From Chrysomallon squamiferum (taxonomy: Eukaryota; Animalia; Mollusca), in assembly GCA_012295275.1 (NCBI GenBank), contig CM022677.1, positions 24,180,001 to 24,244,000 of the forward strand: 64,000 nucleotides of DNA, read 5' to 3'. Positions 63,276 through 64,000 of this stretch are shown piece after piece; position 1 is the first letter of the stretch; each line of letters opens with the position of its first letter. A model generated the notes under the pieces. The model had not been told where the DNA came from. It was given only the letters and a program-made list of their open reading frames with translations, and did not search any database. The position numbers and the translations under genes are program-made.

Positions 63276-64000
63276 ATGTATGTGTATATGTATATATATA
63301 ACAACATGATACAATAAACACAGTACAATATACAGATACAACACACACACGCGCACCCAAACATACATTATATATATATATATATATATGCAGATATAGA
63401 TATATTTAGTCACAAAAACATATACAATACGTATATACAACATACAGAGAGAGATACGCACGCACAGCCACACACACACTCGCACAAACCTGTACAGACT
63501 TCTAACACCCTGTTTTATCACACTGAAACAATTAATACTTTTATGTAGAAATTTATGTATGAGTGTGTTTATAGAAATTTCGTACATTTCTGAAATGCCT
63601 CGAGTTTTCTTTTGAGAGTCTCGCAAACAAGCAACTGACAACAATTACTATTAGAACCATCCAGATCAAAGACGACCCCCCCCATCCAAACTCTACCCAC
63701 CGTCACACACATAACCGTCATATATCAAACGTTTTTTTTTTTTCGTTTTTTACATAAATTGACGAATTCCATTCTCTTTACAACTAATGCATTACAAACA
63801 GGCTACGAGCACTTGTATTAAATAAAATAAATAAATATAAAATAAAGAACAATATTATTTTAAAAAATAAAAAAAAAATAAAAAAAAAAAAAGAAGAAGA
63901 AGAAAAATTCAAAAGGCCCATTTTGTTAAACAAGACTGAATTAAAAACGAGTGTATTTTACCGTTCTATTTCTAGCCTGAGCAAAACTGTGTCGCCGCCG

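Overview
This window is AT-rich animal (metazoan) genomic DNA, not prokaryotic. It is saturated with simple repeats: (AG)n, (AC)n, (AAT)n, (ACT)n, (AAAT)n, (ACAT)n and (AGAT)n. The composition suggests an invertebrate such as a mollusc, which is an inference only. Nearly all ORFs in the supplied track are microsatellite artefacts. Two spliced transcription units can be built from splice, promoter and poly(A) signals. (1) A minus-strand unit has a TATA box at 20467-20460, a first exon ending at a GTGAGT donor (20290), and a terminal exon from 16149 to about 14690. It has no convincing long ORF. Just before its poly(A) signal it carries two miR-184-complementary sites built like target-directed miRNA degradation (TDMD) triggers: 8mer seed match, central unpaired loop and extended 3' pairing. 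This is the main finding. (2) A plus-strand three-exon protein-coding gene (55642-58708 or 58910) encodes a product I do not recognise. It has a CCAAT/RFX X-box promoter, a possible second E2F/YY1 promoter, and an apparent +1 frameshift separating a helical C-terminal segment. The roughly 35 kb between the two divergent promoters holds motif-dense islands, a perfect 50-bp inverted repeat, two oppositely oriented related tandem arrays and local duplications. No rRNA, tRNA, CRISPR array or intact transposon was recognised.
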